Below, in pieces: positions 61,257 to 64,000 of a stretch of DNA of 64,000 nucleotides. The notes under the pieces were generated by a model. The model ran no database searches. It was not told the DNA's origin and saw nothing but the letters and a program-made list of their open reading frames with translations. The translations under genes were made by a program, and so were the position numbers. The stretch spans positions 96,001-160,000 of the forward strand of contig JAHLWR010000003.1 in assembly GCA_019057815.1 (NCBI GenBank). The letters are read 5' to 3'. Every line of letters begins with the position of its first letter. Positions within the stretch are counted from its first letter, which is position 1. Origin of the DNA: Candidatus Heimdallarchaeota archaeon (GTDB taxonomy: Archaea > Asgardarchaeota > Heimdallarchaeia > Heimdallarchaeales > Heimdallarchaeaceae).

Positions 61257-61811
61257 ATGATTGAATTATTGCAAATAAGTAGAGGTGGAAGCGGGGGAGT
61301 AACTGGAGCTAAGATATTGGCCGAAGCTGCGCTATATGAAGGAGTGGAGTCTCAAGCTATTCCAAAATATGGCTCTGAAAGAAGGGGTGCTGCTGTCGAA
61401 GCTTACGTTCGTTTTGATGATAAACCAATAAGAATACATAGCCCCGTGGTTGAGCCTGATATAGCTATGGTTTTGGATACATCACTAATAGATAGGTTGG
61501 ACTTATCGAAAATTAAACAAGACGGGATAATTATTATAAATTCAAAAGAAATCCCCGAAGCTTTCAAAGGGACAAATAGAAAAATTGCTTATGTTGATGC
61601 TACTGCTATCTCATTGAATTTGGGACTAGTAGCAGGAGGATTTACATTAGTTAATACTACAATGCTTGGAGCATTCGCTAAAGCTACAGGTTTAGTAAGT
61701 ATTGAAAATATCATAAAAGGTATAGAACATACACTTAATCCCAGAATAGCTCCCAAGAATGTGGAAGCTACGAAGAAAGCATTTGAGGAAACAAAGGTGG
61801 TAATAGTATGA
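61257..61811 (+). CDS. 2-oxoacid:ferredoxin oxidoreductase gamma subunit (second operon)
   Basis: RGGSGGVTGA, YGSERRGA, NTTMLGA. Confidence 0.92.
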   Translation: MIELLQISRGGSGGVTGAKILAEAALYEGVESQAIPKYGSERRGAAVEAYVRFDDKPIRIHSPVVEPDIAMVLDTSLIDRLDLSKIKQDGIIIINSKEIPEAFKGTNRKIAYVDATAISLNLGLVAGGFTLVNTTMLGAFAKATGLVSIENIIKGIEHTLNPRIAPKNVEATKKAFEETKVVIV

Positions 61812-62089
61812 CCAATGAAGGACCAGAAATGCCAATTTTATACCCAATAGAAGGATCAGCAGGAAGAACTGGTGATTGGAGAATTTTTCGACCAGTTGTA
61901 GATCCAGAAAAATGTAAAAAATGCAATATTTGCTGGCAATATTGCCCAGATTTAGCTATTACAGCAGCAAATAAGGAAGAGGATAAAGCAATTATATATG
62001 ATTATGAATATTGCAAAGGATGTGGAATATGTGCAAAAGAATGTCCATTTGGCGCAATAACTATGGTTAGAGAGGAAGGTGGTGATTAA
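61808..62089 (+). CDS. 2-oxoacid:ferredoxin oxidoreductase delta subunit
   Basis: TGDWR..RP, two ferredoxin motifs, YCKGCGIC. Confidence 0.93.
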   Translation: MTNEGPEMPILYPIEGSAGRTGDWRIFRPVVDPEKCKKCNICWQYCPDLAITAANKEEDKAIIYDYEYCKGCGICAKECPFGAITMVREEGGD

Positions 62090-63226
62090 ATGGTAGGAAA
62101 AACAGTAACATTAACAGGAAATTTTGCAGCAGGAAAAGCAGCAGAAATGGCAAAACCAAAAGTAATAGCAGTCTACCCTATCACGCCTCAAACAGATATA
62201 ATCGAATATCTCAGTGGTTTAGTTAGTTCAGGGAAACTCGATGCTCGTTTTATAACAGTGGAATCGGAGCATTCTGCTCTTGCAGCATGCGCAGGAGCTG
62301 CTTGGAGTGGAGTGAGAACTTTTACAGCAACAAGTAGCCAAGGATTATTGTACATGGGCGAATGGGTCTTCTGGTCAGGTTATGGAAGATTACCAATAAT
62401 CATGCCTGTTGTTAATAGATGTCTAGCTCCAGGATGGAGTATCTTCGTTGATTTGCAAGATTCTATGGCTTTCCGCGATGCAGGATGGATTCAAATCTAC
62501 ACTAAAAACAACCAAGAAGTGTTTGATACAGTTCTTCAAGCTTTCAAGATTGGAGAGAGTAAAGATATTTCTCTACCTGTTATGCCATGTTTAGATGGTT
62601 TTGTTTTAAGTCATACAACAGCGAAAGTAGAATTACCTGACCCAGAAGAAGCTTACAGCTTTGTTGGGGATTATTCAGATCCTGTTGTTGAAGTAGATGT
62701 CGATAATCCTTGGGCTTATGGAGGTTTAGTTGGTCCTGAACAATTCAACATAGCTCGAAGAGACTTAATGAAAGCAATGGAAAGAGCTAAAGAAAAAATA
62801 ATTAAAGTAAACAAGGAGTTCGAAGAAACTTTCGGTAGAAGTTACGGAAATGGGTTAATAGAACAATATGGGGACGATGATGCTGACTTGACGTTGATAA
62901 CTATGGGTACAATGGGAGATGAAGCTGATGAAGCAATAGATCAATTAAAACAGGAAGGCTACAAAGTCAATGGAGTTAGAGTGCGTACTTTTCGTCCTTT
63001 CCCTGTTGAGGATATCGTCCGTATTGCAAAGAAAAATCGTAAGCTGTTTGTTCTAGATAGAGCTGTGTCTTTTGGTCATGAAGGACCTTTAAGAATTGAA
63101 ATTGAAGCAGTACTAAAGAGACATAACCTTGACATTCCTATAAGTGGTGATATTGTAGGACTAGGTGGAGAATCAGTTCCTTTCAAGAGAATAATGAAAA
63201 TAGCAAAGGAGGCTCTAAGGAGTTAA
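62090..63226 (+). CDS. 2-oxoacid:ferredoxin oxidoreductase alpha subunit (Por/Vor family)
   Basis: YPITPQT, VESEHSA, TATSSQGL, DGFVLSH, GLGG. Confidence 0.93.
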   Translation: MVGKTVTLTGNFAAGKAAEMAKPKVIAVYPITPQTDIIEYLSGLVSSGKLDARFITVESEHSALAACAGAAWSGVRTFTATSSQGLLYMGEWVFWSGYGRLPIIMPVVNRCLAPGWSIFVDLQDSMAFRDAGWIQIYTKNNQEVFDTVLQAFKIGESKDISLPVMPCLDGFVLSHTTAKVELPDPEEAYSFVGDYSDPVVEVDVDNPWAYGGLVGPEQFNIARRDLMKAMERAKEKIIKVNKEFEETFGRSYGNGLIEQYGDDDADLTLITMGTMGDEADEAIDQLKQEGYKVNGVRVRTFRPFPVEDIVRIAKKNRKLFVLDRAVSFGHEGPLRIEIEAVLKRHNLDIPISGDIVGLGGESVPFKRIMKIAKEALRS

Positions 63227-63238
63227 GAGGTGGAAGAA

Positions 63239-64000
63239 ATGGGTACAAAATTAAAAGATTTAATGAATAATCCCAAAGAAGCTTTTTATAAAGGACATTT
63301 TGCTTGCGCTGGATGTGGTTCTGTTTTAGCGCTAAGGCACGCTATTGGTGCTATTGCTGATAAAGTCATTTTAGTAGTTCCAGCATGTTGTACATCAGTT
63401 TATCAAGGATCAGGTAAAGGAGTATCATTCAATGTTCCTACAATAAATACAGCTTTTGCGTCTTCAGACTCTGTAGCTTCTGGAATAAAAGCTGCGATGG
63501 AAATGAAGGGAAAAGATGTACATGTAGTCGTTTGGGCAGGTGATGGTGGTACCGCTGATATAGGTATCGCTACTTTGATAGGAGCTTGTGATAGAGAAGA
63601 AGACATTCTGCACATCATGTATTCAAACAATGTTTACAGTAATACTGGTGGTCAAAGGTCTGGTGATACACCTATTGGTGCAAGAACTTCTACTACTCCT
63701 GATGGTAATACCACTGCTAGAAAAATGGTTCCCTTTATTATGATGGCTGATAATGCAAAGTATGTTGCTACGGCTAGTGTTGCTCATCTCACTGATCTTG
63801 TAGACAAAGTCAAAAAAGCAGTTTCTCTCAAAGGTTTTAAATTCATCCAGATTGACGCAACTTGTCCTGTAGCTTGGAAAGTCGATTTCTCCAATAGCAT
63901 TGAAGTTGCTAGGCTAGCTGTTCAGACTGGTATATGGCCTCTCTTTGAATGGGATCGTGACATAGGAAAAGTTACTATCAGTCGTCCAAGTCAAAAATAT
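63239..64000 (+). CDS. 2-oxoacid:ferredoxin oxidoreductase beta subunit (VorB-like), 3'-truncated by window edge; absent from the ORF track
   Basis: MGTKLKD...GHFACAGCG...PACCTSV...WAGDGGTADIG...NNVYSNTGGQRS; frame open to the window end. Confidence 0.92.
   Translation, partial: MGTKLKDLMNNPKEAFYKGHFACAGCGSVLALRHAIGAIADKVILVVPACCTSVYQGSGKGVSFNVPTINTAFASSDSVASGIKAAMEMKGKDVHVVVWAGDGGTADIGIATLIGACDREEDILHIMYSNNVYSNTGGQRSGDTPIGARTSTTPDGNTTARKMVPFIMMADNAKYVATASVAHLTDLVDKVKKAVSLKGFKFIQIDATCPVAWKVDFSNSIEVARLAVQTGIWPLFEWDRDIGKVTISRPSQKY

Noticed and set aside
1-64000. rRNA, tRNA, CRISPR array or transposase/integrase
   Set aside because: No GC-rich structured RNA blocks, regularly spaced repeats or recombinase motifs were seen by eye. 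Very small RNAs could have been missed.

Overview
AT-rich (roughly 30% GC) archaeal chromosomal segment, almost certainly from an Asgard archaeon, probably Heimdallarchaeia. Evidence: CarS, short archaeal PurA, deoxyhypusine synthase, ASH-Ski2 helicase, two Rab-like GTPases, several longin/DENN-type proteins and GGTGA ribosome-binding sites. Housekeeping content includes two four-subunit 2-oxoacid:ferredoxin oxidoreductase operons; the first has a tandemly duplicated gamma gene and a LAGLIDADG intein in the TPP-binding motif of the beta subunit. Also present are PepT, Nnr, DegV, a CitG-like protein, transporters and an orphan adenine methyltransferase. The most notable content is a set of 'hypothetical' ORFs that, by manual motif alignment, look like homologues of eukaryotic machinery: CENP-N/Chl4-like (60318), CCDC47/PAT-complex-like (47067), Ost5/TMEM258-like (59913), a stand-alone uDENN domain, a longin-DENN folliculin-like protein, a receptor-like surface protein with a cytoplasmic longin domain, a tri-longin-like protein coupled to a GIFT/IFT52-like gene, and a Cren7-like zinc-ribbon/wHTH fusion. 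These calls rest on alignments to reference sequences recalled from memory and need HMM or structure confirmation. Two direct-repeat-bounded patches carry truncated genes, and several pseudogenes are present. No rRNA, tRNA, CRISPR array or transposase was seen.
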